Shown: in pieces, positions 27,776 through 35,626 of the stretch
How positions within the stretch are numbered: the first letter of the stretch is position 1
Layout of the letters: each line of letters begins with the position of its first letter
NCBI GenBank assembly: GCA_964433435.1
Contig: CAYSRM010000001.1
Span: forward strand, 1,941-65,940
Origin: an uncultured Victivallales bacterium
Lineage (GTDB): Bacteria > Verrucomicrobiota > Kiritimatiellia > UBA8416 > CAYSRM01
Direction of reading: 5' to 3'
Length of the DNA: 64,000 nucleotides
The notes under the pieces: generated by a model
The model's database searches: none
Told to the model about the DNA's origin: nothing
What the model saw: only the letters and a program-made list of their open reading frames with translations
Made by a program: the position numbers and the translations under genes

Positions 27776-28809
27776 TAATTCTGGGAATTGAGACATCCTG
27801 TGATGAGACGGCTGCTGCGGTAGTTGAGGATGGGGCCCGGGTTCTTTCCAGTACCGTGTTCAGCCAGGTTAAGCTCCACGAACCGTATGGGGGGGTGGTG
27901 CCGGAGATTGCATCGCGCAGTCATGTGGAATGTCTGCCGGATGTCGTGTGCAGTGCTATGGAAGAATCGGGGTGCAGCTGGGAGAATATTGATCGCATTG
28001 CTGTTACCTCCGGTCCCGGGCTGGCCAGTTCTTTACTCGTAGGGATTTCCTTTGCAAAAGGTCTAAGTATGCGCCTTGGGCGGCCGTTGTATGGTATCAA
28101 CCATATCAGAGCCCATGTTTACTCAGCGTTTCTAGGTGAGGACACGCCTGCAATTTGGGATATAGGTCCGTTTATTGCTCTGGTTGTTTCCGGTGGTCAT
28201 ACGTCGCTCATCAGGTTTTGCAGTCCTGATGAATACAGGGTTTTAGGCGAGACCATAGACGATGCTGCTGGCGAAGCCTTTGACAAAGGGGCCAAGCTGC
28301 TCGGGCTCGGGTATCCTGGAGGGCCTGTTATTGATCGTGTTTCCAGGGATGGAGATCCGGAGATGATTCGTTTTCCGCGAGGGAAGCAACAAAAGACAGA
28401 TTTTTGCGGTGATTTTGATCCTGAATTATGTTTCAGCTTCAGCGGGTTGAAGACTTCTCTTTTGTACTATCTTAAAAAGCACTCCGCCGAAGTCATTCCT
28501 GAAAGAACAGCATCTATTGCCGCCAGTTACCAGGAGGCTATTGTTGATTCGATCGTTCAAAGATGTGAAAAAGTTTTGTCTGGTGAGCGTACTCTTCTGG
28601 TAGCCGGCGGGGTTTCCTTGAACAGCCGGTTGAGGACTGCTTTGGCGAAACTTTGTGAACGCAGGGACGTTAAGTTATTGCTGCCCGGACCGAATTATTG
28701 CACGGACAATGCTGCTATGATTGCAGGCGCATGCTGGATGGACGGGAGTGTTGTTGAGGCCGAAGCAGGCGTGCTGGATGCGGAGCCGGGGCGTTCGTTT
28801 TCCGGCTGA
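27772..28809 (+). CDS. tsaD: tRNA N6-adenosine threonylcarbamoyltransferase
   Basis: Kae1/TsaD signature (MIILGIETSCDETAAAVV…, …VSGGHTSL…, …GVSLNSRLR…). Confidence 0.95.
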   Translation: MIILGIETSCDETAAAVVEDGARVLSSTVFSQVKLHEPYGGVVPEIASRSHVECLPDVVCSAMEESGCSWENIDRIAVTSGPGLASSLLVGISFAKGLSMRLGRPLYGINHIRAHVYSAFLGEDTPAIWDIGPFIALVVSGGHTSLIRFCSPDEYRVLGETIDDAAGEAFDKGAKLLGLGYPGGPVIDRVSRDGDPEMIRFPRGKQQKTDFCGDFDPELCFSFSGLKTSLLYYLKKHSAEVIPERTASIAASYQEAIVDSIVQRCEKVLSGERTLLVAGGVSLNSRLRTALAKLCERRDVKLLLPGPNYCTDNAAMIAGACWMDGSVVEAEAGVLDAEPGRSFSG

Positions 28810-28877
28810 CATAGGTTGCGCGGCGTCGGGTGAGAGAGGGGTCCTGTCGGAAGTTTTGATTTTTTTTCGCGGCAACT

Positions 28878-28915
28878 TGACTTTTGGCCGCGATCGGGAC
28901 ATTATATGCGCCGAC
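28878..28915 (+). promoter_or_regulatory. Candidate sigma70-type promoter for the tRNA locus
   Basis: TTGACT, a 17-bp spacer and CATTAT(AT) about 15-20 nt upstream of the tRNA-like sequence. Confidence 0.45.
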
Positions 28916-28927
28916 TTCCGGAGGAAT

Positions 28928-28980
28928 GCGGGTGTAGCTTAGTGGTAAAGCTTCCGCCTTCGTCCGGAGGCTACGGCGAG
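28928..28980 (+). pseudogene. 5' fragment of a tRNA-Gly-like gene. It has the acceptor 5' strand and D-arm but no T-arm or 3' acceptor strand
   Basis: The first 25 nt (gcgggtgtagcttagtggtaaagct) are identical to the intact tRNA-Gly 130 nt downstream. The following arm is degenerate and no ttcgattcc or cacccgc follows. Confidence 0.6.
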
Positions 28981-29057
28981 ACAAGCCAGCCAAAGCTCTC
29001 GCGTATGTGATTAATGATCAGGGTCTCCGGGTGTGTATGTGTGAGGTTTATATGGTT

Positions 29058-29131
29058 GCGGGTGTAGCTTAGTGGTAAAGCTCCAGCCTTCCAAGCTGGC
29101 TACGCGGGTTCGATTCCCGCCACCCGCTCCA
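29058..29131 (+). tRNA. tRNA-Gly (anticodon TCC), CCA encoded
   Basis: Manual fold: acceptor gcgggtg/cacccgc, D-arm gctt-agtggta-aagc, anticodon stem ccagc/gctgg with loop cttccaa, T-arm gcggg-ttcgatt-cccgc, discriminator t, cca. Confidence 0.9.
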
Positions 29132-29188
29132 AAGAAAGTCTTGTCTCTATCTTGACATCTGGCTATCCGGTATGGTACTTCGCACGTC

Positions 29189-30202
29189 ATGTCAATTCAC
29201 GAAGATAAGAGCGCCGGATGCGGGGCGCATGGTTTCAGCGGCGGAAAACCGGAGAAAGCTGTTGTAACCGTCAAGGCTCCGGCCAAGGTTAATCTTTTTC
29301 TTAAGGTTCTTGGCATGCGCGCGGACGGCTATCATGACATTGAAAGCCTTTTGTGTCCTGTTTCTCTTTGGGATATTTTAGACATTGAATTGCGCGATGA
29401 CGGACGGATTGAGCTGGATATGCAGGTTGAGGACGTGCCCGGCAGCCGCAAACTTGAAAAAACCGGACCGGGGGAGAATCTTGCTGTCAGGGCTGCCTGT
29501 CTTTTGCGTGACAGGGCAGGGTGTATTGACGGTGCGGACATCAGGCTGAAAAAACGGATACCGGTTGGCGGAGGTCTGGGTGGGGGCAGTTCTGACGCTG
29601 CCGCTGTATTGATGGGGCTGAACGCATTGTGGGATTTGAATATTGAGAAGCGGGAACTGATGGATCTGGGGTGTGAAATTGGTTGTGATGTGCCTGCTTT
29701 GGTGCATGGGGGGATGGTTCTGGTGGAAGGTATGGGGGAGAGAGTCAGGCGTCCGGATATTGATCTATCGGGTTCGACCGGGAAGATGAACCTGGTTCTG
29801 GCTAATCCGGGTTTTTCGGTTTCGACCGGTGATATATATTCACGCTACAACGGGGGCTTGACCGCAGGGGATGGTGAAGTTAGTATGTTGCTTTTGTCCA
29901 TGGTTCAAGGCGAAGCTGGTGAAGCAGCGGGCCGATTGCGCAATGATTTACAGGAAGTGGTTTTCAGGAAGTACCCGCTTATTGAGATTCTGGCGGAGCA
30001 TTTAAAAGCTGCCGGGGCTATTGACGTATTGTTATCTGGGAGCGGATCTACCGTTTTCGGGCTTGCCGAGAGCGAAAGGCATGCCATGTTGATAGCCGGG
30101 GGCCTGGTGGAACGGTCGGGTTTTCCTGTGTGGACAAAAGTTGTGCAGACGGTGCCCGATGGTGTAATGGTAGCACACGGCCCTTTGGAGGCCAGAGTCT
30201 AG
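29189..30202 (+). CDS. ispE: 4-diphosphocytidyl-2-C-methyl-D-erythritol kinase. The ORF's last approximately 50 nt run into tRNA-Gln
   Basis: GHMP kinase motifs (…KAPAKVNLFLKV.G.R.DGYH…, …PVGGGLGGGSSDAAA…). N-terminal 25 aa may not be translated. Confidence 0.88.
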   Translation: MSIHEDKSAGCGAHGFSGGKPEKAVVTVKAPAKVNLFLKVLGMRADGYHDIESLLCPVSLWDILDIELRDDGRIELDMQVEDVPGSRKLEKTGPGENLAVRAACLLRDRAGCIDGADIRLKKRIPVGGGLGGGSSDAAAVLMGLNALWDLNIEKRELMDLGCEIGCDVPALVHGGMVLVEGMGERVRRPDIDLSGSTGKMNLVLANPGFSVSTGDIYSRYNGGLTAGDGEVSMLLLSMVQGEAGEAAGRLRNDLQEVVFRKYPLIEILAEHLKAAGAIDVLLSGSGSTVFGLAESERHAMLIAGGLVERSGFPVWTKVVQTVPDGVMVAHGPLEARV

Positions 30203-30226
30203 GTTCGAATCCTAGTCGGGCAACCA
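30153..30226 (+). tRNA. tRNA-Gln (anticodon TTG), CCA encoded
   Basis: Manual fold: acceptor tgcccga/tcgggca (U1-A72, typical of Gln), anticodon stem cggcc/ggcca with loop ctttgga, T-arm ctagg-ttcgaat-cctag, discriminator a, cca. Confidence 0.8.
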
Positions 30227-30295
30227 TGGGTCGCAGAGAGAAAATATGCGAACAGCAAGAGGAATCGAGAGAACATGATAGAGGATAATCATGTG

Positions 30296-31225
30296 ATGAG
30301 AGTTTTTGCAGGAAATGTTAACCGTCCTCTGGCGGATAAAATTGCGAGGCACCTGGACATTGATCTGGGCGAGGTCGACATTAACCGGTTCCCTGACGGG
30401 GAGATATTCGTCAAGATCAAGGAGAACGTCAGGGGTACGGATGTTTTTATTGTGCAGCCGCTCTGCAGTCCGCCAAATGAAGCGCTGATGGAGCTTCTGT
30501 TGATGATAGATGCCGCCAAGCGGGCGTCTTCGACGAGAATAACTGCGGTAATTCCGTATTACGGGTATGCCAGGCAGGATCGCAAGGATCAACCGCGGGT
30601 GCCGATTTCGGCCAAGCTTGTGGCTAATCTGCTTGTGGCTGCTGGAGCCACTCGTATACTTACAATGGATTTGCATGCTCAACAGATACAGGGTTTTTTC
30701 GATATACCTGTAGACCATCTTTATGCAATGCCTGTAATGGTGCGGCACCTCAAGAGCATTGGCATTGCGGATGATATTGTTGTGGTTTCGCCGGATTCAG
30801 GCGGGGTCAAGATGGCTGTTGCCTATGCCGACATGCTTCATGCGGGGCTGGCTCTTGGCGCGAAGTTCAGAAAGTCCGCAAACAAGGTAGTTGCAATGAA
30901 CATAGTGGGAGAAGTAGAGGGTAAGACTGTTGTAATGGTTGACGATCTGACTTCGACGGCGGGGACTTTGTGCGAATCGGCCAAAATATTGAAGCAGCAT
31001 GGAGCTGGAGAGATTTATGCGGTGGTATCTCATGCTATGATCAGCGACCAGGGCGGAAAGCGGCTGGAGGAATCCGAGATAAAAGAGCTTATCACCACCG
31101 ACAGTGTTCCCATGAAATACAAGGGAGATTTCCCTATTACGATTTTGACCTGTGCCGAACTGCTTGGTGAAGCTATTTTGAGGATACATGAGAACAGATC
31201 GGTCACGTCTTTGTTTAAACCGTAA
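30296..31225 (+). CDS. prs: Ribose-phosphate pyrophosphokinase
   Basis: MRVFAGNVNRPLA… N-terminus, PRPP-binding loop (…VMVDDLTSTAGTL…). Start set to the ATG at 30296. Confidence 0.95.
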   Translation: MRVFAGNVNRPLADKIARHLDIDLGEVDINRFPDGEIFVKIKENVRGTDVFIVQPLCSPPNEALMELLLMIDAAKRASSTRITAVIPYYGYARQDRKDQPRVPISAKLVANLLVAAGATRILTMDLHAQQIQGFFDIPVDHLYAMPVMVRHLKSIGIADDIVVVSPDSGGVKMAVAYADMLHAGLALGAKFRKSANKVVAMNIVGEVEGKTVVMVDDLTSTAGTLCESAKILKQHGAGEIYAVVSHAMISDQGGKRLEESEIKELITTDSVPMKYKGDFPITILTCAELLGEAILRIHENRSVTSLFKP

Positions 31226-31244
31226 ATAAGTGAGGCATAACCAA

Positions 31245-31913
31245 ATGGCAAAGAAAATAGAATTCAATGTACAGAAAAGAGAAGCGACAGGGAAAAACTC
31301 AGCTAAGCGGTTGCGGTATGCCGGGATGGTTCCTGGTGTATTCAATCTCAGGAACGGAGATTCGCGTCTGATAAAGATGAACCAGCATGATTTTGAACTT
31401 TTGCTGGCGCATCATGCGAGTGAAAGCCTGATAATGGATATCCAGATAGACGGCAGCAGCGCAAGAAAAGCGTTTTTGAAGGAAGTCCAGCATGATCCCA
31501 TTACTGACAATGTGTTGCATGCGGATTTTCTGGAGATATCAATGACACAGAAAATGACCGTCCACATCCCGGTCAACTTTGTTGGCGAGCCAATAGGTGT
31601 GACCGATGAGGGCGGGGTTATCGAGCATCATATCCGCGAACTTGAAGTGGAATGTCTTCCCAATGATCTGGTAGAGTCAATTGATGTGGATGTGTCGGGA
31701 TTAAAGCTTGGTGATACATTGATGGTTGAGAACGTGAAGGTCGACCCGTCTCTGACAATTCTTACGCCCGGGGATGTGGCCGTGGTAAGTGTTGCGACGC
31801 CTCATGTTGAGGTTGAAGAGGAGGAAGAGGCCGAGGCTGAGGAGGGAGTTGAGCCGGAAGTTATCGGCGAAGAGAAAACCGCAGAGGAGAGTGAGGAAGC
31901 GACTACAGGCTGA
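31245..31913 (+). CDS. rplY: 50S ribosomal protein L25 / general stress protein Ctc, with an acidic C-terminal tail
   Basis: L25 N-domain (…REATGKNSAKRLRYAGMVPGVFN…) and Ctc-type beta-barrel C-domain. Start at the ATG at 31245 is a best guess. Confidence 0.82.
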   Translation: MAKKIEFNVQKREATGKNSAKRLRYAGMVPGVFNLRNGDSRLIKMNQHDFELLLAHHASESLIMDIQIDGSSARKAFLKEVQHDPITDNVLHADFLEISMTQKMTVHIPVNFVGEPIGVTDEGGVIEHHIRELEVECLPNDLVESIDVDVSGLKLGDTLMVENVKVDPSLTILTPGDVAVVSVATPHVEVEEEEEAEAEEGVEPEVIGEEKTAEESEEATTG

Positions 31914-31996
31914 ACATTCCGCGGATAAGTGTTCTTGTGTTCCGGTTGTCTTAGCTTGTAGAGTCTGTTTCGGGGCAAGGGGAATGCTTCCTATAG

Positions 31997-32644
31997 TTGA
32001 CAGGCATGGATGGCCAACGTTATACAGGTGGAATAAGGGTAGTTGCGGGTCTGGGCAACCCTGGCAGGAGGTATATATCGACGCCTCATAATGTCGGGTT
32101 TATGGTTGTGGATGCTTTAGCAGCCGCAGAAAGGGTAAAGCTTCGAAGAAGCTACCGGACGAATTCGAGGGCTGCGCAGATTCATCTGTCTGGCAGGAAT
32201 CTGTTCCTTGTAGAGCCTCAGACTTACATGAACAGGAGCGGTGTATCTTTAAATGCGCTGCTGCGGAAGAAGGGATTGCCTGCATCGGCTTTACTTGTGG
32301 TGGTAGACGATGTTAACCTCGAAAAGGGTCGACTTCGAATCAGGAGCGGTGGCAGCAGTGGAGGACATCGTGGCCTGGATTCAGTTATCAGGGAACTGGG
32401 CACAAAAGACTTTGTGAGATTGAGGATTGGAGTAGGCGGGGGCAATGTAAAAGGCGATATTACTGATTATGTAATCAAGCCTTTTACAGGAAAAAAAAAG
32501 GAAGAGCTTGAAAAGATGGCGGAACATGCAACGGAAGTTGTCAGACACATTATTGACAGCGGCGTTGAAAGCGCTATGAACGAGTATAACGGGGCTATGG
32601 CTTTGGTGAAAGGCAGTGACAATGGAGACAGCAACAATGAGTGA
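31997..32644 (+). CDS. pth: Peptidyl-tRNA hydrolase
   Basis: …VVAGLGNPG..Y..T.HNVGF… signature, catalytic His/Asp region. Conserved prs-rplY-pth order. Confidence 0.9.
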   Translation: MTGMDGQRYTGGIRVVAGLGNPGRRYISTPHNVGFMVVDALAAAERVKLRRSYRTNSRAAQIHLSGRNLFLVEPQTYMNRSGVSLNALLRKKGLPASALLVVVDDVNLEKGRLRIRSGGSSGGHRGLDSVIRELGTKDFVRLRIGVGGGNVKGDITDYVIKPFTGKKKEELEKMAEHATEVVRHIIDSGVESAMNEYNGAMALVKGSDNGDSNNE

Positions 32645-32999
32645 TACCGCTTTAAGGCAATATGAAGGACTATTTATTTTTTCGAGCAGGCTGGAAGACG
32701 ATGAAGTCGAGAAGGTGGTTGAAAAGGTCGGCAGCGATATTTCCGCCCACGGCGGGAATGTTGAGAAGGTGGTTTCTCTAGGCAAACGCCGTTTTGCCCG
32801 TCCTCTGGCGAAGCATGGATCCGGGCATTACCGCAGGGTGTATTTTGACTTGTCCCCGGAGCAGGTGGACGATCTGCGAAGCAGGTTTAAATTTGTAGAG
32901 GGGATTCTCAGGGTCCAGATTGTTCATCGGACCGAGGAGGTTGAAAGCAAAGCTGCGGGCACAGAAGATGAATCACCGCAAGAAGAAGGAGGAAAGTGA
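32637..32999 (+). CDS. rpsF: 30S ribosomal protein S6
   Basis: …RQYEGLFIFSS…EKVVSLGKRRFA… S6 fold. rpsF-ssb-rpsR-rplI cluster. Start approximate (32616 or 32637). Confidence 0.85.
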   Translation: MSDTALRQYEGLFIFSSRLEDDEVEKVVEKVGSDISAHGGNVEKVVSLGKRRFARPLAKHGSGHYRRVYFDLSPEQVDDLRSRFKFVEGILRVQIVHRTEEVESKAAGTEDESPQEEGGK

Positions 33000-33445
33000 T
33001 GGTTTCTGTAAATCGTGTAATGCTGGCGGGAAATCTGACCAGGGATCCTGAGGTTAAGTATACGGCTTCGGGCAGGGCGGTGTCGGCTTTGGGACTGGCG
33101 GTGAACCGGAGATATCGTACTGCCGAGGGCGAGGACAAGGAAGAAGTCTGTTTTGTTGACATTGATGTGTGGGGCAGACAGGCGGAAACCTGCGGGGAGT
33201 ATCTTGGAAAGGGTGCACCGGTTCTAGTGGAGGGGCGCCTACGGCTTGATCAATGGGAGAAGGACGGTCAGAAGAACAGCAAGTTGAAAGTTGTAGCAGA
33301 CAGAGTTCAGTTTCTGGGGTCTCCTCGGGCGTCTTCGTTCGGCGATGGAGAAAGGTCGGGCGGCCAGGAAAAGGAGCAAATCGCGGTGGCTGATAGCGGA
33401 GGTTCCGGTGATGAACTGGCGGATGATGATAATCTGCCTTTTTAG
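32996..33445 (+). CDS. ssb: Single-stranded DNA-binding protein
   Basis: OB-fold N-domain (…VNRVMLAGNLTRDPEVKYT.SG…), Gly-rich tail ending in the acidic tip DDDNLPF. Confidence 0.92.
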   Translation: MMVSVNRVMLAGNLTRDPEVKYTASGRAVSALGLAVNRRYRTAEGEDKEEVCFVDIDVWGRQAETCGEYLGKGAPVLVEGRLRLDQWEKDGQKNSKLKVVADRVQFLGSPRASSFGDGERSGGQEKEQIAVADSGGSGDELADDDNLPF

Positions 33446-33458
33446 TTAAGGAGACAGA

Positions 33459-33677
33459 ATGGAAGAAAGAGGACATAAAGGAAAATTCAGTAGAAGGAAG
33501 CGTTACACTCTGAAAGGGGTCGAAAAGATCAACCCGGACGATTATGAATTTCTCAACAACTTTGTAACGCCGCACGGCAAGATTCTGCCTGCCCGTCTGA
33601 CCGGCGCCAACTCGAAACAGCAAAGGCAGATTAAGCGGGCTGTGCGCAGGGCCAGGGTTGTCGGAATGATTCCTTAA
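33459..33677 (+). CDS. rpsR: 30S ribosomal protein S18
   Basis: …INPDDYEFLNNFVTPHGKILPARLTG…QRQIKRAVRRAR… signature. Confidence 0.92.
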   Translation: MEERGHKGKFSRRKRYTLKGVEKINPDDYEFLNNFVTPHGKILPARLTGANSKQQRQIKRAVRRARVVGMIP

Positions 33678-33710
33678 CTGCCGGAAGCGGCAAGGATTTT
33701 AGACGGAGGT

Positions 33711-34169
33711 TTGTTGATGTCTGTTGAAGTGATACTTATGAAAGAAGTGCCCGAGCTTGGCGTTGAAGGCGACGTGGTGAAGGTTTCAGAGGGTTTTGCC
33801 CGCAATTATCTTTTACCGAGGAAAGTTGCCGCGCCGGTAACTGACGTGACCCGGAGGCAACTGGCCAGGCTTAGAGAGCAGAGAGAAGCCAAGGCGGGAG
33901 AAGAACTTGCACGAGCCAGGGAACTGGCTAATCGGCTTGCATCTGTGTCCTGCACTGTTGTGGCGAAAGTTGGCGAAGACGAGAAGCTTTACGGTTCCGT
34001 TTCTCCCTCTGATATTGTTGATTCACTGAAATCCCAGGGAATTGAAGATGTTGACAAGAACGATGTCGTGCTGGATAAACCGATTAAAGAGCTTGGAGTC
34101 TATGACGTTCCTCTCAAATTGCACGCCGATGTTGAGACATCGGTAAAAATATGGGTTGTTGAGGAATAG
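33711..34169 (+). CDS. rplI: 50S ribosomal protein L9
   Basis: …VILMKEVPELG.EGDVVKVSEGFARNYLLP… N-domain and L9 C-domain. Confidence 0.9.
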   Translation: MLMSVEVILMKEVPELGVEGDVVKVSEGFARNYLLPRKVAAPVTDVTRRQLARLREQREAKAGEELARARELANRLASVSCTVVAKVGEDEKLYGSVSPSDIVDSLKSQGIEDVDKNDVVLDKPIKELGVYDVPLKLHADVETSVKIWVVEE

Positions 34170-34174
34170 ATCTC

Positions 34175-35626
34175 ATGGCGAATCAGTCCGTGTCCTCTGT
34201 GCGAGCCATAAGCACGGATAGATTGCCCCCTTACAGCGAGGAAGCTGAGAGGGGGGTGCTTGGTTCCATCATGCTGGATTCTTCGCGCGTGATGGATCTT
34301 TGCATAGAGAACCAGATTTCCCCGGAATCGTTTTACGTTCCTGCTCATCGTACGGTTTATGAATGCATGCTCGAGGTTTTCAAGGCAGGTTCAGCGGTTG
34401 ATCTGGTGACCCTCAGCGAAGCTCTCAGGGCAGCTTCTCGACTGGAAGACATTGGCGGAGTAGGGTTCCTTGAAAGAATGGTGGATTCGACGCCGACTTC
34501 GGCTCATGCGGAATACTACATTGATATTGTTCGTCAGCGTCATCTTTTGCGTTGTATTATTGCCTGTGCCAGGGATGCAGAGCAGGCCTGTTATCGTGGT
34601 GAAGAAAGCGCGGACCATGTTCTGGGGCAGACCGAACAGGCGTTTATGGAGATTACTGAACGCCAGCACGGTTTTATGCTTCCGTGGCAGACGGCTGTCA
34701 AGGAAACTATGGAGCATGTTGAGGAAATTCTCAACACGCACCGCGGACTCAGTGGAATATCAACAGGTTTTGTAAATCTTGACAGTAAAATTCACGGCTT
34801 AAGGCCGGGTGAGATGATTGTTCTCGCCGCCCGTCCATCTATGGGCAAGACGTCGCTAGCCATGAATATAGCCGAGCGGGTGGCTCTGGGACTCAAGGAT
34901 CCGGACAAAAAGCCCAGGCCGGTCGGCATATTCAGTCTAGAGATGGCCCACGAAGCCCTTGTGCTGCGCATGTTATGTTCTCATGCCAGGGTTTCCGCAT
35001 TCAAACTTTCCAGTGGTTATGTTTCCGCGACCGTGGCGCATCCCAAACTGACTACGGCCGCATCTGTATTGTCGAAGGCGCCGATATATCTGGATGACAC
35101 CGGTGGCCTTGATGTTGTTGAGCTGCGGGCAAGGGCGCGGAGAATGAAAAAGAAGTATAATATTGAATTTATAATGATTGATTATCTTCAACTTCTTCAT
35201 GCCAAGGAATACGCCAGACAGGGACGGCAGATTGAAACTGCTAATATATCTGGAAACCTGAAGGCCATGGCCAAGGAGTTGAGGATTCCGGTTCTTGTTT
35301 TAAGTCAACTGAGCCGAGCGCCGGAGCAGAGGGATAAAGTCGCGCGTCCGAAGCTATCTGACCTGAGGGATTCCGGAGCTATCGAGCAGGATGCTGATGT
35401 AGTATGTATGTTGCGTAGGCCTTCCAAGTATCCCGATGATGAGGAAAGGGATGACGAGACGCTTTCCATTGTTGATGTGGTTAAACAGCGAAACGGCCCT
35501 ACTGGCGAGATTCGTCTGAATTTTGAAGAGGAATATGTGAGATTCGAAGATAGAGAAACAGGAGTAGATGGCGCCGCAGAGGAACTTGCCGGCGGCGTTG
35601 AAGATACAGATGTGGTTATGGGATGA
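34175..35626 (+). CDS. dnaB: Replicative DNA helicase
   Basis: DnaB N-domain, Walker A (…AARPSMGKTSLA…) and the H4 motif region. Follows rplI as in many bacteria. Confidence 0.95.
   Translation: MANQSVSSVRAISTDRLPPYSEEAERGVLGSIMLDSSRVMDLCIENQISPESFYVPAHRTVYECMLEVFKAGSAVDLVTLSEALRAASRLEDIGGVGFLERMVDSTPTSAHAEYYIDIVRQRHLLRCIIACARDAEQACYRGEESADHVLGQTEQAFMEITERQHGFMLPWQTAVKETMEHVEEILNTHRGLSGISTGFVNLDSKIHGLRPGEMIVLAARPSMGKTSLAMNIAERVALGLKDPDKKPRPVGIFSLEMAHEALVLRMLCSHARVSAFKLSSGYVSATVAHPKLTTAASVLSKAPIYLDDTGGLDVVELRARARRMKKKYNIEFIMIDYLQLLHAKEYARQGRQIETANISGNLKAMAKELRIPVLVLSQLSRAPEQRDKVARPKLSDLRDSGAIEQDADVVCMLRRPSKYPDDEERDDETLSIVDVVKQRNGPTGEIRLNFEEEYVRFEDRETGVDGAAEELAGGVEDTDVVMG

Noticed and set aside
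28810-30274. Integrated element or genomic island at the tRNA-Gly / tRNA-Gln locus
   Set aside because: Despite the duplicated tRNA 5' fragment there is no integrase, no phage or IS gene and no 3'-tRNA direct repeat. Flanking genes (tsaD, ispE, prs) are core housekeeping in conserved order.
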